A DNA stretch of 64,000 nucleotides from Macrostomum hystrix (taxonomy: Eukaryota > Animalia > Platyhelminthes): assembly GCA_950097015.1 (NCBI GenBank), contig CATNEN010000007.1:11718001-11782000 (forward strand), in the 5' to 3' direction. Under the pieces are notes generated by a model, which had not been told where the DNA came from, searched no databases, and saw only the letters and a list, made by a program, of their open reading frames with translations. Every line of letters starts with the position of its first letter. Position 1 is the stretch's first letter. Shown in pieces: positions 11,098 through 24,144 of this stretch. Made by a program: the position numbers and the translations under genes.

Positions 11098-13585
11098 TCA
11101 GTCGTCATCGTCTCCAGCTGATCCGCGGGGCTTCGGCCCGCCGGCCGGCCGGGACATGATGATCTCATCCACGCTGAGCACGGTGCAGGCCGAGCGGCAG
11201 GCCAGACGCAGGGCCCACTGTTTCACGAGCAGCAAATCGGAGAGGCCCTTCTCGGCCACGTTGGTAACAGCGGTCTCGCCAGTCTCGGGGTCGCAGAAGA
11301 CGCCGGTGTGTTTCTTGCCAGCGGCCAGCTCGGCGTGAATCTTGCTTAGTGTCTCGGCGCCGTTCAGGCAGCAGTTGGTGGCGAGGGTCTTCACTACGGC
11401 ATCCAGGGCGTTAGCGAAGCGGGAGATGGCGTACTGCTCCAGGCCAGGTTCGGCCTCGGCTGCGGCGGCCAGCTTCACGGCCAAAGCGGCTTCGGTGGCG
11501 CCGCCGCCGGACACGAAGCGGGCATTGCGGGTGAGCGCCTTGTAGGTGTTGACACCATCGTCAACGGCCCGCTCGAGGTCGTCTAGTAGGTTCTCAGTGC
11601 TGGCGCGCAGCAGCACCGTTGAGATCTTGCAGTTGTCCTCCTGGCAGTGGTTTTATTGGATATTGCTAATATACAAATAGCCCATCAGCCAATTAGGTTA
11701 TGTGCTTAGGCGCCCTTTAAATCAGCAAATGGAGAGAACTGATTTAGCCTCTGGTTAGGGGCGGAGCACAGTGGGTAATGAAGTGAGTTTGGTAACTAAG
11801 CATAGGTTTACTTTAACCTTTAACCACATTGACTTAATACCTATGCACAGCCGGCAATATCTGGTAGGGGAAGGAACACAGTGGGTAACATCTGGTAGGG
11901 GGAGGAACACAGTGGCTAACATCTGGTAGGGGGAGGAACACAGTGGCTAACATCTGGTAGGGGGAGGAACACAGTGGGTACATCTGGTAGGGGGAGGAAC
12001 ACAGTGGCTAACATCTGGTAGGGGGGAGGAACACAGTGGCTAACATCTGGTAGGGGGAGGAACACAGTGGCTAACATCTGGTAGGGGGAGGAACACAGTG
12101 GCTAACATCTGGTAGGGGGAGGAACACAGTGGGTACATCTGGTAGGGAGAGGAACACAGTGGGGTAGGTTATACAAAGATTTTGAATCAGAAAGGCCACC
12201 TTTTGAAAGATGGCAGATTGAGACAAAGTACTAAAATATGTAAAAACTGTATTTTAGCATCCGTCGCTACTGTTGCATTCTCGAATTGCTTACCTCAAAA
12301 ACCACCACATTGGTGTCGCCGACCTCCTCGGTGAACACGCGCGAGCAGGAGCCCATTTCTTCGGCGGTGGGAGTGGTGAGGCGCGGCAGGGCGGTGGCGC
12401 CAGTGGCGGTGGCCAGGCGGCGCAGGTCGAACTTGGAGGACACTCGCAGCGCCATGATGTTGTAGTGGTTGAGGTAGTGCAGCGCCAGCTCGCCAATCTT
12501 GCCGCCGCTCACCACTACGCGGGCGCCGGCCTCGGACAGGGCGCGCACCTGCGCCTCCATAATGCGCTCTTCCTCAGCGGAGAAGTTGGCCAGCTCGGCC
12601 GCCGTCTCCATCAGGACGGTGCCTTTCGTCTCCGTCTGTAAGAAGTCAACCGGGCAGGCGAACACCGCAACCTTGACGCGGCCGACGTCAGTTACATGGG
12701 TGACGTCACCTTCGGCGGCGCGCCGGAAGACCATGCCGCCGATGAGGCGCGAGCCTTCGACGGAGCCGCCGAGCACTTTGCAGACGCGGACGCGGTCGAC
12801 ATCGAAGTGGCCGCTCAGCGGCAGCACGCTGATGCAGGCCTCGCTGATGAGGCGGGCCAGGCGGTTGTGCAGGCCGAACTGCTTGGACATCACGGCGCAG
12901 CGGATCAGCGGCTCCACCTGAGCCAGGTCACGGATATCGGTCACCTGTTGGGGAGATTGAATGGGATGGCGGTGTGCAGTCTGAGCTCACTGTGGCTACT
13001 GTGGATTTTTATTGTCGGATGTGGCACCGCGGCAACGATACACTGTGGTGAGCTGTGTCACAGGCATGGGCCCCATTTCACAGCTCAAAAGTAACAATAT
13101 ATGCCCTGCTCTACACAGTACTTTAGGCAGCTGACCTGTCCCACCACCTGGTCGTCCAGCATCTTCTGCGCCATCTCGTACGCCTTCTCGTAGCCGGCCA
13201 CAACCTCGGTGGGGCTGAGGCCCATGCGCAGGACGCTCTCGGCCTCCTTAAGCAGGAAGCCGGCCAGCATTAGGCAGAGGTTGGTGCCGTCTCCGGCCTC
13301 CTGTTCCTGCTGCTTGCTGGCTAGCACAAGCATCTTCGCGGCCGGGTGGGCCACCTCCAGCTCCTGCAGCACGGTGGCGGCATCCTTAGTAACGAAGTAC
13401 TTGCCGATATGGTTGATGACAATCTTGTTCATGCCAACTGGGCCGTAGCAGGTGCTGGTCATACCGCTTATCTGGCAGCAGGCCTCGATGTTGCGGAAGA
13501 CAGCCTCGTCCATCCCGGCATAATGGCGGGCGCCGTCCTTCAGCATTGAATAGAAGCCTGGGGCTCGGGGTACGTGCAGTGCCAT
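11098..13585 (-). CDS. CCT8: T-complex protein 1 subunit theta, 3 exons: 13585-13136, 12944-12294, 11640-11098 (547 aa)
   Basis: N-terminus MALHVPRAPGFYSMLKDGARHY, GDGTN motif, SKFDLRRL, C-terminal VDEIIMSRPAGGPKP..DDD. All junctions are GT-AG, phase 0, and the summed length matches CCT8. Confidence 0.97.
11859..12165. repeat. 31-bp tandem repeat (CATCTGGTAGGGGGAGGAACACAGTGGCTAA), ~10 copies, in CCT8 intron 2
   Basis: Directly visible. Confidence 0.95.
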
Positions 13586-14117
13586 AATTGAGCGGAGTGG
13601 GTGGCTGCAGCTGCAAGTTGAGCAAGAGGCATTGTGCTGGCATGCATGTGCAGGTAGACATTCACTCTAAATTTCTATTTCTCTGTTGCCACGACTAGCC
13701 GCTCCCTAACAATGCAGTCCTCTAACCCTATCGTTGATGATAATCCAGCAAACAGCTGTGACCTGAGCCTACATCAAGGTCTGCATTCTTCAGCGAATCT
13801 TCAACGAAGCTAAACAAAGGCACAAATGGAAAATGGGTGAACTAAAACAAATCCGCGAGTGTATTGTTACTAGTGTATTCATCATAGCACAAATTTTGCA
13901 TTTATAAATTATAAAAATCATATAAAGAAGCAGCACGAGCGCTAGAATTATGACAGGCTACTAGCCGGATTGTACTTTGCCTGTAAGAAAGCAAATTGAT
14001 TGCTAATGCCAGCTACGGAATCTTCAGGGAGACGGAATCTCCCTGAAATACTACTTCCTAATTTGTGCCGACAGACTAACCGATTGGAGCGGACAGGTAT
14101 AAGCCTGCTGGCCCATA

Positions 14118-14377
14118 AGTGTGCTAATGATTAACCCCGCTGGCTTATCAGTGTGCTAATGATTAACCCCGCTGGCTTATCAGTGTGCTGATGATTAACC
14201 CCGCTGGCTTATCAGTGTGCTGATCATTAACCCTGTTGACTTTTCAGTGTGCTGATGATTAACCCCGCTGGCTTATCAGTGTGCTGATGATTAACCCCGC
14301 TGGCTTAACAGTGTGCTGATGATTAATCCCGCTGACTTTTCAGTGTGCTGATGATTAACCCCGCTGACTTTTCAGTG
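14118..14377. repeat. 32-bp tandem repeat (GATTAACCCCGCTGGCTTATCAGTGTGCTGAT), ~8 copies
   Basis: Directly visible, between POC1 and CCT8. Confidence 0.95.
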
Positions 14378-14713
14378 GCTGGATTAGCAGCATACAGATA
14401 AGCAAATAGACAGATCGGGCCCGCCCTGATCTGCTGGGTGCCACAGCAACAGTTCAAAATGAGCGACATAATGTCGTTTAACATTCAAAAAATATAACTC
14501 GTGATATGATAAATAGTAAGTAAAAAAGGTTCAGGCAGGACGGAAGTAGAATCGCGTAAGTGAAGCCGGTTTCTATGGTACTATGCTACTAATAGCAACG
14601 GAATGGTCCACTAAAAAAACAAACCCACAGGATGGCAGTCAATGCCAGCAGGGTGAGATTTGGAATCTTTCTTGTAGAGGGCTAAATGAGTGACAGCAGC
14701 CAGGGATCCGGTA

Positions 14714-16851
14714 TCATTTGCGGGATGCGGGCCGCTGGGAGTCCAGCACATCCTTCAGCTTGTTCTCTGTCAGTGTGAGCCGCTGCTCCAGGATGGACAC
14801 GGTCTGCAATGATAGGTGTGAGCAGGGAGATGCAGGACACTGCTTATAACTGCCGTGGCGCATGATCACAACACAAACTTCTGTGGTTGAGCAAACCTGC
14901 GTGAGAATGTCCAGCTGCCTGACAACATGCTCCAGCGTGTTGGAAATCACAGGCGGCACTGAGCCCAGCTGCTGCTGCTGCTGATTCGGAGCAGCCGCTC
15001 CGTTTGCATTGACGGGAGTCGCTAGACTCGGCCGCGGTAGGCTGTCATCGAAAGCTGATGATGGACCGCGGCCGGAGCCGCCGCCGTGACGGCCAACATC
15101 GGTAACGAGGCGTGAGCTGCTAGCCAGCTCGGTTGACCGATGTCCAGCCAGCTGTTGTCCGGGTTGGCGTCCCGTCCGACTGTCCGGCTGCCTGCGAGGC
15201 TGTCCGGGCTGCGATTGAGGTGGCGGAGACTGGCTTTAAGGGATTAAACCCAAAAGAGAACTGACCAGCGGCCTCACCCAGTTGCCATGAGTATGAAATG
15301 CTCAGAAAGACTCACCTCGGCATACTCAATGGTCTCCGGCTCCTGAATGCCGGCCTCCCTGTCGAAGTTGGTCTTCCACAGGAACACCTGCTGGTCAGCA
15401 CCGCCGGAGGCAAAGTTGGTGCCCTGGGCGCTGAAGGCGCAAGCGGTGACGGCGCCGTCGTGCCCGCGGAGCGTATAGATGAGCCGGCCCTCCAACAGGT
15501 CGTACAGGCGCAGGGTGGAGTCGTCACCACAGGACAGCAGAAAGTTGCCGCTAGGATGAAAGGCGATGCCGTTGACGGCACCTTCATGCACTGGGTAGTG
15601 CTGCACCAGCTTGTTCATGCGGATGTCCCAAATCTTAACGGAGCCGTCCGAGGCCGCCGCGGCCACGCAGTTGCCGGCCGGGTGAAACTGCACATTGTTG
15701 ACAAGGCCACCGTGCTCCTATCCAACATGATGATAAAAATGAATAGCCATTATAAAAATGATGAAAAAAGTTGTGATTTAAGAAAAATCGAGCAAAAGTG
15801 CATTACAAGCCTTTGTAATGTGTCCAGGGGTGTCATGTGTCCAGGGGTGTCGCGATTTAGCAGTTGGATTTAGCAGCGTGAATTAATGCAGTCAAAACTT
15901 TATATTTAGAAACTTTTTGGACCAAAACTGTGTCAAAAACTCCTACCAATAATTCATTTTGAAATTTTAGCGTTTTATAACTAAGTTTGGTGTTGAACCT
16001 ACAACTTAATGAGATTTGAATCCTCGTACATTCATAACGACGGCTACCAGCTCACCGGAGGGGGGCATAAAGTGATAGTTCAATCTGGTTTTATAGCTCT
16101 GCCCTCTTTCTCACGTCTTTACGCCGCCTTCTGATTGGCCGCCTCTCAACTTCTCGCCTCTTTCTCTTACCCAGTCGCGCACCTGTTATTGCACCTGTTA
16201 CACCTTGTTATCTTGACAGATTTCTCTTTCTCCCACTCGACTAACTGCTGGCTAGCCTAAAAGTTATTTTTACGTATTTTTCGACAAGGAGAGAGCTTCT
16301 CTCCCACTCCGAATCACCTGGAAGGTGCTGATGCAGTCCTGTGACTGGCAGTCCCAGAGACGCACTGTCTTATCGTCGGAGCCGGATACTATGAGGCGGC
16401 CCTCCGGACTGAATTTTGCGCACTTCACCCAGTTGACGTGGCGGCTGAGGGAGAAAAGGAACTTCTGCCGGTGCACTGTCCACACCTTCACTGTCTTGTC
16501 ATCCGAGGCGGTCAGTAGGCGCTCATTGTCTGCGGTGAAGTCGACCGCCCTGACGCCGGCTGTATGGCCGCGAAAGGCCGTGCTCTCGCCTTTGACACTA
16601 GGAGTCCATAGGCGGACGGTTTTGTCGCGCGAGGCCGAGGCCACTAGCTGGCCGGTGGGCGAGAAGCGCACCCCCAGCACCGGCTCCTTGTGGCCCATGA
16701 AGCGGAAGGCGCGGGACTGCGGCCTGAAGTTCCATATGGTGAGGTTGCAGTCAAGGGAACCCGAGACCAGCTGCTTTCCATTAGGCGAGAAGTCGACGCT
16801 TGTTATGGCGTCCTTGTGGCCCTTGAAGTGAATTTCTAGCGCCGGGTCCTC
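14714..16851 (-). CDS. POC1: POC1 centriolar WD40 protein; exons 16851-16318, 15717-15316, 15229-14897, 14803-14714 (~452 aa, no own ATG found)
   Basis: N-terminal [17 protein letters not shown]40 repeats, and the C-terminal Poc1 coiled-coil [14 protein letters not shown]|[16 protein letters not shown]. All junctions are GT-AG, phase 0. Confidence 0.95.
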
Positions 16852-19468
16852 CTGAAAGCAGACAAAAGAGTAAAATGACTATTCTATAGATAAACCTAGC
16901 ACTGTGCATACAAAAAACAGATTACAATGCATCTGGTCATGCATTTGGAAATGTACATTTACTTGTGGACTTATTGCTTACTACTAACTTGTGATTCAAT
17001 ATCAAGTAAAGTTAGCTCATATGAGAATAAGTCACATATTATAATTATCTATAAACTAGATAATTCTCTTCTAGATATACAATATATAATAGAGATTTGT
17101 CATATGTATAAAAATACTAATATGCTTTTTTGGTAGAAATAGCTCTAAATGTCAAAATATTTGGACCCTTAATGCTTATAAAAATAAATTAGAACTTGAT
17201 ATAATTTGCATTGAATGGCCACCTGAATATTATCTTGTTTGTGAACAAGTTTACTTTATGTCCCTCAATATTAATTTACAGTGTGTCAATTGATCCAAGT
17301 TAAAACTTATATCTCAAACCTATGAAAATTGTCTAGTTGACTGTTTTTGGTCTAGGCCACAACACTAGTGGTGAGATCTTTTGTCAAGAAAAATGCTATA
17401 TCGAATCCCTATTGATGTTGTTTAACCTCAGGGAAGTAAGTAAAGAAAGAAGCCTCATTATTGGATGCATAAAAGCCAATGTAAGGGCATGGTATTCAGG
17501 TTTTAAAAGTTAACTATTTAGTCAACTTAAGTTAGCAACACAATATTTTAAAGCCTGCTTTCAGTCTCAAGGAAAAGCAAGCTATTTCAGTTAATTATGG
17601 TCCATATAAAGCATATTAAAATTAAAGCTGCAAAGCTCTGCAACTAAAAACTTAGGTTGTCAAATATATATTTTTACATTTTCCCTATGCATATCCATAT
17701 CTTTAAAATTTTCATAAATCCAATCTACATATGTAACTAAATAAAGTTTGTGTGCTACTGTCTGAACCATATCTCACAAGCAATGACTTCAGATCAACCA
17801 ATTATTGAGGGCCCAACAAAAGCCCGTAACATACTGGGGTCTAGGAAAAAAAGTAACAATACAAGGTACATAGGTGGTTGAATATATATAAGAGCATTAT
17901 TTCTTAGGACACTTTCAGGGTAGAACCCCTACAGTACCCCACAAAATATAGATAGGCAATAAGGCATTTAAATATATAGAGCTTGAGTTCACATCACACC
18001 AGGGAATTACGAATTTCCAATGTTGGCAGTCTAAATAATTGTCTAACTAATATAAATTATGTGAAATCTTGGCTAGCTATCTCTAGCCCCTCCCAACAGC
18101 CAGGAAATACACAACCTACAAGGTAAATGTGACATAAAAATTTCTAAGGAAAAGACTATATATCTCAAAGTTTCCACTAGGAAAAGATCCACAATTATAC
18201 AGTAATTATCAGCATTTGTTCAAATTTAGTAATTATATTTAGTATAGTAGATTGATATTACTTATAATATTACAGAAATGTACAATATTAAAATGTTTGT
18301 TCTGACAAGTTTACTATTTTTCTAGGAAAATTCACACTTAACTATAGGAACTTCTCATTTGAAGAATATTGAGGAGATAAAACTCTAATTTGACAAGTAG
18401 GCCTATCTACTTGTGTCATAGAATATTTAAAGCCCATTATAGACAACTGCCAAGCCCTTAGGTAAGAAGTGGTATATAACTAAGAATATATCCACTATGA
18501 CCCATTGCACTATAGGGACAGCAGCTGTGCCAAAAGTCCACATAGCTGGAGATAGCCATTGTGACTCTAGGCAAAGAGTGAGTAAAAACTAGGCAACAGA
18601 GACATGGCAGCTATGTCCCTAGGAATTAGGAGTTAGATGTACAGCCACTGTGACCTATGTCCCTAGTCATAGAAAATTATTAATTATTCTTTGCTAGCTA
18701 ATTTATAATTATGGCAATCCTCTTGTTTTGCATATTTAATTGTTTTACAAAAGATAAATACTTTCTTAACTAATGCAAGTGTAACAGGGCTTATGCCTCT
18801 ACTTTTCTCTCTTGGTAGCGTATCTCTCAGCATGAACAGTTTATCTTTCTAAGGCACTGGTCTCCTATTCTCCAGTCTTTGCTAGGCGTTTTCTGTGGAT
18901 CAGAGGGTCACAGCCTCAAATAACCAACTCAACACTTAAACACCTTCTTGCTCACTGCTCAGTTATAGCTTATTAGCTTTTTGCCACACTGGCACTTTGC
19001 TTTGTCCCACAGGAATTGCAGTCGTTTACATACACAGAAAAAGGTTTGTTAAAATGAATGAATTGGACAGAATATTTATAATATTTTACATATAAAAATA
19101 TTTAGCGCATTTAAACAAAGAGCATAGGTACAAATTTGGCTTATTAAAAAATGATAAAAGCATCCCTACTACACAAGTAAATATTTTAACTTCAAAAAGT
19201 TTTTGAATGACATAGCAGTGCATAGAAAACTCTTTCTCTGTATTAAAAGCAATAGAGAGAAGAGAATCTGTGGGGGGACTAAGCTGGGAAGATGATTTCA
19301 TTATTACCTTATTAGCTTGCCTTGCCTTGTTACCTAATTTCTTACAATCAATGTTACAATATTTTCTGGGTGGCACACTAATACACCATCTGAGTGCACA
19401 ACTATGACATCTGATTGGCTTATTGGTTGTTATTTTTCTTGCTAGTCATTTTCCTTTTTTTGTTTATA

Positions 19469-19881
19469 ACCTTTTAAACTTTCCTGGACTCAGGATTTCC
19501 CGACTTCAATCCTGACTTCTAATACAGACGCATTAGAAGTCGGGAATTCCCAACTCGAATCTGTAAGGGGGGACCATTACAAATTTGTAATATGTATATA
19601 TATATTTGTATTTGTATATGTTATTCAAGTTTAAGAAAATAATATAATATTTATATTATTTGTTAAATAATATTTGTATATGTAATTAAAGTTTAAGAAA
19701 ATAATTCGAGTCGGAAATGGATCTGCAAAATTTGTTATGGTCCCCCCTTACAGATTCAAGCCGGGATTCGAGTTGGGATTTGAGTCGGGATTTGAGTTGG
19801 GAATTCTTGACTTTAAATGCATCTGCACTAGAAGTCAGGATTGGAGTCGGGAAATCCTGAGTCAGGGAAAGTTTAAAAGGT
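19469..19881. mobile_element. Mutator/foldback-type MITE with ~115-bp TIRs and a 9-bp TSD
   Basis: ACCTTTTAAACTTTCC...GGGGGGACCAT is mirrored by ATGGTCCCCCC...GGAAAGTTTAAAAGGT. Perfect TSD TTGTTTATA at 19460-19468 and 19882-19890. Confidence 0.88.
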
Positions 19882-21231
19882 TTGTTTATATTTATATTTT
19901 CTTGATAAAGAAATCATTAGGCCTAAAAGTGCCATTGTGAATTGGATTTGAATTAAATGTCAACTAGAGGATCACGAAGTTTAAATCTTGCTTTCACAAA
20001 CAAAATAATTAACAATTTAACTTTAAAGACTTCAAAGTTAGATAGATTTTGTTTTAATTATAAAAAATGCTAGTGAACTGGAAAACAAAGAATTTAGGCC
20101 ATACAAAAACAAAAATCCAAATGACAATAGACATAAATAATGTATCATTATTAATTCGTCTCTCTAGTGAAAATCAAAGGCGACAACTAATTCCATCTAA
20201 AAAATTAAGTTGGATGCATACTTTAATGGTTGTCAGACACTGAACTTCTTGGAAACAAGTTAATTAACTGGTTGTTATTATATATTGCAAATTGTAGACT
20301 TGACAGATAACTTTAAGAAGAATTAAAGTCTTTAAGTGTGACTCTTACTAGCAGAATTAAATAAGCTTGTTTTAACGTTTAATGTTATTGTTTGCAATCA
20401 GTATTCATTTTAATTAAATGCCTAAATTGCCTAAGAAGTCAGCTAATCCGTAGTCTACATATGTTAGAAAAGCACTGTAGCTAAATGGCATGACTACATA
20501 TTTTAAGTTAAAAAGTAATACAGTTTATGTAAATAATAGACTTGATTTTCGATTTTAAATTTTATTTTGTAATTTTATAAAGTCTAAAAAAAGTGTTGCT
20601 TACAATAACTGTCTGCTACAGATAAAAGCGACTGGCTTTGTTTTACCTTGCCTAATCGACTTAATCTGATAAGCATATTTTTGCAAATTTAAATACGTGT
20701 TTCCTTCATCATTAATTTGCTTCTATATTATTTTAATTAGGACTCATTAGGAGTTAGCTCATTCACTATGCCAACTCGAATCTACTCAAACTTCTAAACG
20801 TACTGCATCTTTGCACTGATTTTCCGAATCAATGCAGTTATTTCTTCGTTGGTGACTTTAGAATAAAGTATAGAAATCGCATTAAAAAACCTTCCTTTAG
20901 GCTTCAGGGTCGACAGGCGACCTGAGTTTAGGCATTTCCTTACTATTTCCTAATAGTAAGGCTTAGAAAAATTCTCAGGTATGTTTTATACACGTTAATA
21001 TATTTGTTCATTGATCTATTTGTCTAGCACATAGCAATCAGCAACTTAGCTTGCTAATAAAACTATTGTTGTGAAAAGTGTTGTGAAGATCTAGTCCAGA
21101 CTCCAGCTAGGCCTATGGCTTGTTTGTAGTTTGCTATTGTAGTTCCCCGACCTTCAAGTCATGAGTCCGACGCGCCTACATTGAGAAAAATGGATAACCT
21201 TGCACCTGATCAGATGATTAAAATGATCAGA

Positions 21232-21525
21232 TGATCATTGTCAACTAGGTGATCATTGTCAACTGGGGATCATTGTAAACTGGGTGATCATTGTCAACTG
21301 GGGTATCATTGTCAACTGAGGGATCATTGTCAACTGTGGGAACATTGTCAACTGGGGGAACATTGTCAACTAGGGGATCATCATCAGCTGGGGGATCATC
21401 AACTGGGGGATCATTGTCAACTGGGGAATCATTGTCAACTGGGAGATCATTGTCAACTGGGGGATCATTGTCAACTGGGTGATCATTGTCAACTGGGTGA
21501 TCATTGTCAACTGGGTGATCATTGT
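21232..21525. repeat. 18-bp tandem repeat (GATCATTGTCAACTGGGG), ~16 copies
   Basis: Directly visible. Confidence 0.95.
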
Positions 21526-22334
21526 AGCTTAAAAAAGCTGAAAATACAGCTGCTAAAAAGTATATACAAGACGAATTAAAAATATTTCTGTTTCCTGAAG
21601 GGGGGCAAAACATGCTAGCCTAGTTAAATATTTAAAAGTTGAATTGTTTCTAAATAGGCCTAATTGATTTTTAAGTATGCCATTGAATAAATAGATGCCA
21701 TCACTAATCTATATATATAAAAGTGAAAACTCTGTCTGTCTGTCTGTCTGTGTGCAACCTTTTGTCTTTATAGACGCCGAAACCGCTCAACCAAATCGCA
21801 CCAAACTTTGCACATACCTAAAACCACCTACGCTGAGTGCAATAGGCTACTCAAATTCCCGAAAAATCATTTCCTTCCTGCTCAAAAGTGCAAAAAACTG
21901 CTCAAAAATCGTCAAAAAATCACTCAATTCGATATATCGTCGCCCCACTTTGTCAGATTTTCTCCAAATTTGATCCACTTACACTTTACATGTTTTCCAA
22001 CAATGCTGTCAATTTTGACCATCTCTACTAAATCCAGAGCAAAGCTGCATCATCTCAAAGTGAGTCACTTTTTGTTTTCCGAGGACAGCCACCCCAACTC
22101 CCCTCCGCCACTCTGCGGGCCAAATTTTATTACAGCCACCCCCTCCCTTCCCCGGGCGCCGAAGCCCCAGACTGTACATTGTATTTCAAGCCGTGAATGT
22201 ACACAGCCCAAACCCCTAGACTGTCTAATGGCCCCCAAGCAACAGCACTGAGACTGAGTGCGGTGAGTGCGGTGGCGTCCCAGTGCGCAGGGCTCTCCGG
22301 TCGATATTTCTCTCCAAGAAAGAGAGAGGCTGGC

Positions 22335-22941
22335 ATTGACTGGCTGTCAGAGAGGGCAATTCTGTGTCCTAGAAATGATGCCGCCAATGAAATTAACTAC
22401 CAACTGCTTCAGGAGTTGCCTGCAGGTGCAGTTTTCACCTACAACGTTGACTGATGACACCGCTGTGGAGTATCCTGTTGAGTTTCTGAACTCTCTAGAT
22501 CCTCCTGGAACTCCATCGCACAACTTGCAGCTGAAAGTTGGGGCACCAATTATGCTCCTCCGCAACCTGAATGCGCCAAGGCTGTGTAACGGCACCAGAC
22601 TGATAGTCAGGCGGCTCTTCCCACACGTGATTGAGGCCACAATAATGACTGGATCTGGCAGAGGAGAGTCTGTGTTCGTTCCCCGGATTCCAATTATCCC
22701 CACGGACCTGCCATTTCAGTTCAAGCGACTGCAGTTCCCTGTGAGAGTGTGCTTTGTGATGACTATTAACAAGGCTCAGGGACAGTCGCTGAAGGTGGCT
22801 GGCATCAACCTGGAGACTCCTTGCTTCTCGCATGGGCAGCTTTATGTCGCCTGCTCCCGTGTTGGAACTCCAGCTGGCCTATTCATTTTCGCACCAAGGG
22901 GAAGAACGAAGAATGTGGTGTATCCCCAGGCCTTGAGGTGA
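22335..22941 (+). pseudogene. Helitron RepHel Pif1 helicase C-terminal fragment, frameshifted near 22450
   Basis: [13 protein letters not shown] in one frame, then [73 protein letters not shown] in another. Confidence 0.92.
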
Positions 22942-23093
22942 CTCGCAAGCAATTAATAGAAAAGTAGTCACGAATTGACCTTGACCTGTCTAACTCTGAA
23001 CTCTGAAACAGTTTAATTTTGTTTCTTTGACATTGTTATTGTTATGCCATGGCTATTTTCCTTATGTATACGCGTGTACATGCATACTGTATA

Positions 23094-23369
23094 CAGAGGC
23101 AGATTTAGGGGGGGGGCGGGGGGGGGCAGTCGCCCCCCTAAATTTTAATCATGGGAATAAGATGCCCCCACCAGGGGTGCCAGTCGCAGCACTGGCGCCC
23201 CTTTTCGGCCGCTGGTGCCCCTTTTTCAGCCGCTGGCTCCCGTTTTTCAGTCGCTGGCGCCCTTTCTTGGCTCCTGGCGCCCTTTTTCGGCCGCTGGCAC
23301 CCCCTCTGTGATTCTCATGGTGCTCCCCTGACAGACCGCCCCAAAACAAAATTCCTGGATCTGCCACTG
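23094..23369. mobile_element. hAT-type MITE nested in the Helitron
   Basis: TIRs CAGAGGCAGAT / ATCTGCCACTG. Perfect 8-bp TSD ACTGTATA at 23086-23093 and 23370-23377. Confidence 0.88.
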
Positions 23370-23714
23370 ACTGTATAGAGGAGTGGCTAAGAGACATGTT
23401 TCTAAAGAAGTAATCAAGAGAGGGCTGTTTGGACAAACTTTTCACTTATTTTTTACTTAAAACGCCCTTAAACAAACTCTTCACTTTTCATTAATGCAGT
23501 AAATAAATAAATGGTGACCTTCACTATAAAGTTAATACAAAGACGTGAATTGCTTACTGCTTTGCTTTAAATTTCTGCCCCAAAAGCAACGGGCAAAAAA
23601 GCTAGTATATATATATTTGTCTATACTGTGTCTATACTCAGTCTATACTATACTAGGCCTATACTTCTGTAAGTCACCAAAATCTCTTGTTACTGAAGCA
23701 ACTGTAAACAAGAA

Positions 23715-24144
23715 GGTCCCAGGTCATTTCAGTGACAGTCATTTCAGTGACACAATTAGTCAGATTTGTGACAACTATTTTTGCACCTAAATATGCTAAA
23801 AAACAGCCTTTCATTTTAACTATGCACACTTATAAAGTATTAATTAAATAATGCTATGAGTATTAATAAGCTGTATCACTATGATTAAGTCTGGGTTTTA
23901 CTTTAAATGAGTTAAATGATTAAATTATTTAATTACTAGTCAATAGTTTCAATAGTTATTCATTCCTAATTAATGTGTATAATAATCATTTTTCAAGTTT
24001 TGGATTGACAAGGCGAGTGCAGGCTTTAAGTAGCTGCTAGATCATGGAAGGCTTTTTTCTCAGCATATTTAGGTGCAAAGAAAGTTGTCACCAAACTAAC
24101 CAATTCTGTCAGCAAAATGACTGTCACTGAAATGACCTGGGACC
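23715..24144. mobile_element. MITE with ~100-bp TIRs (GGTCCCAGGTCATTTCAGTGACAGTCATTT...)
   Basis: Long inverted repeats and an imperfect flanking duplication AACAAGAA/AACAAGAG. Confidence 0.82.

Larger units (their letters stand above)
21708..23605 (+). mobile_element. Non-autonomous Helitron with a Pif1-like helicase C-terminal remnant
   Basis: 5' end A|TCTATATATATAAAAG followed by (CTGT)n. 3' hairpin TGCCC..GGGCA then CTAG|T. Inserted at an AT site with no TSD. Confidence 0.88.

Noticed and set aside
22267-22941. Host PIF1 helicase gene
   Set aside because: A frameshifted C-terminal fragment enclosed by Helitron termini.
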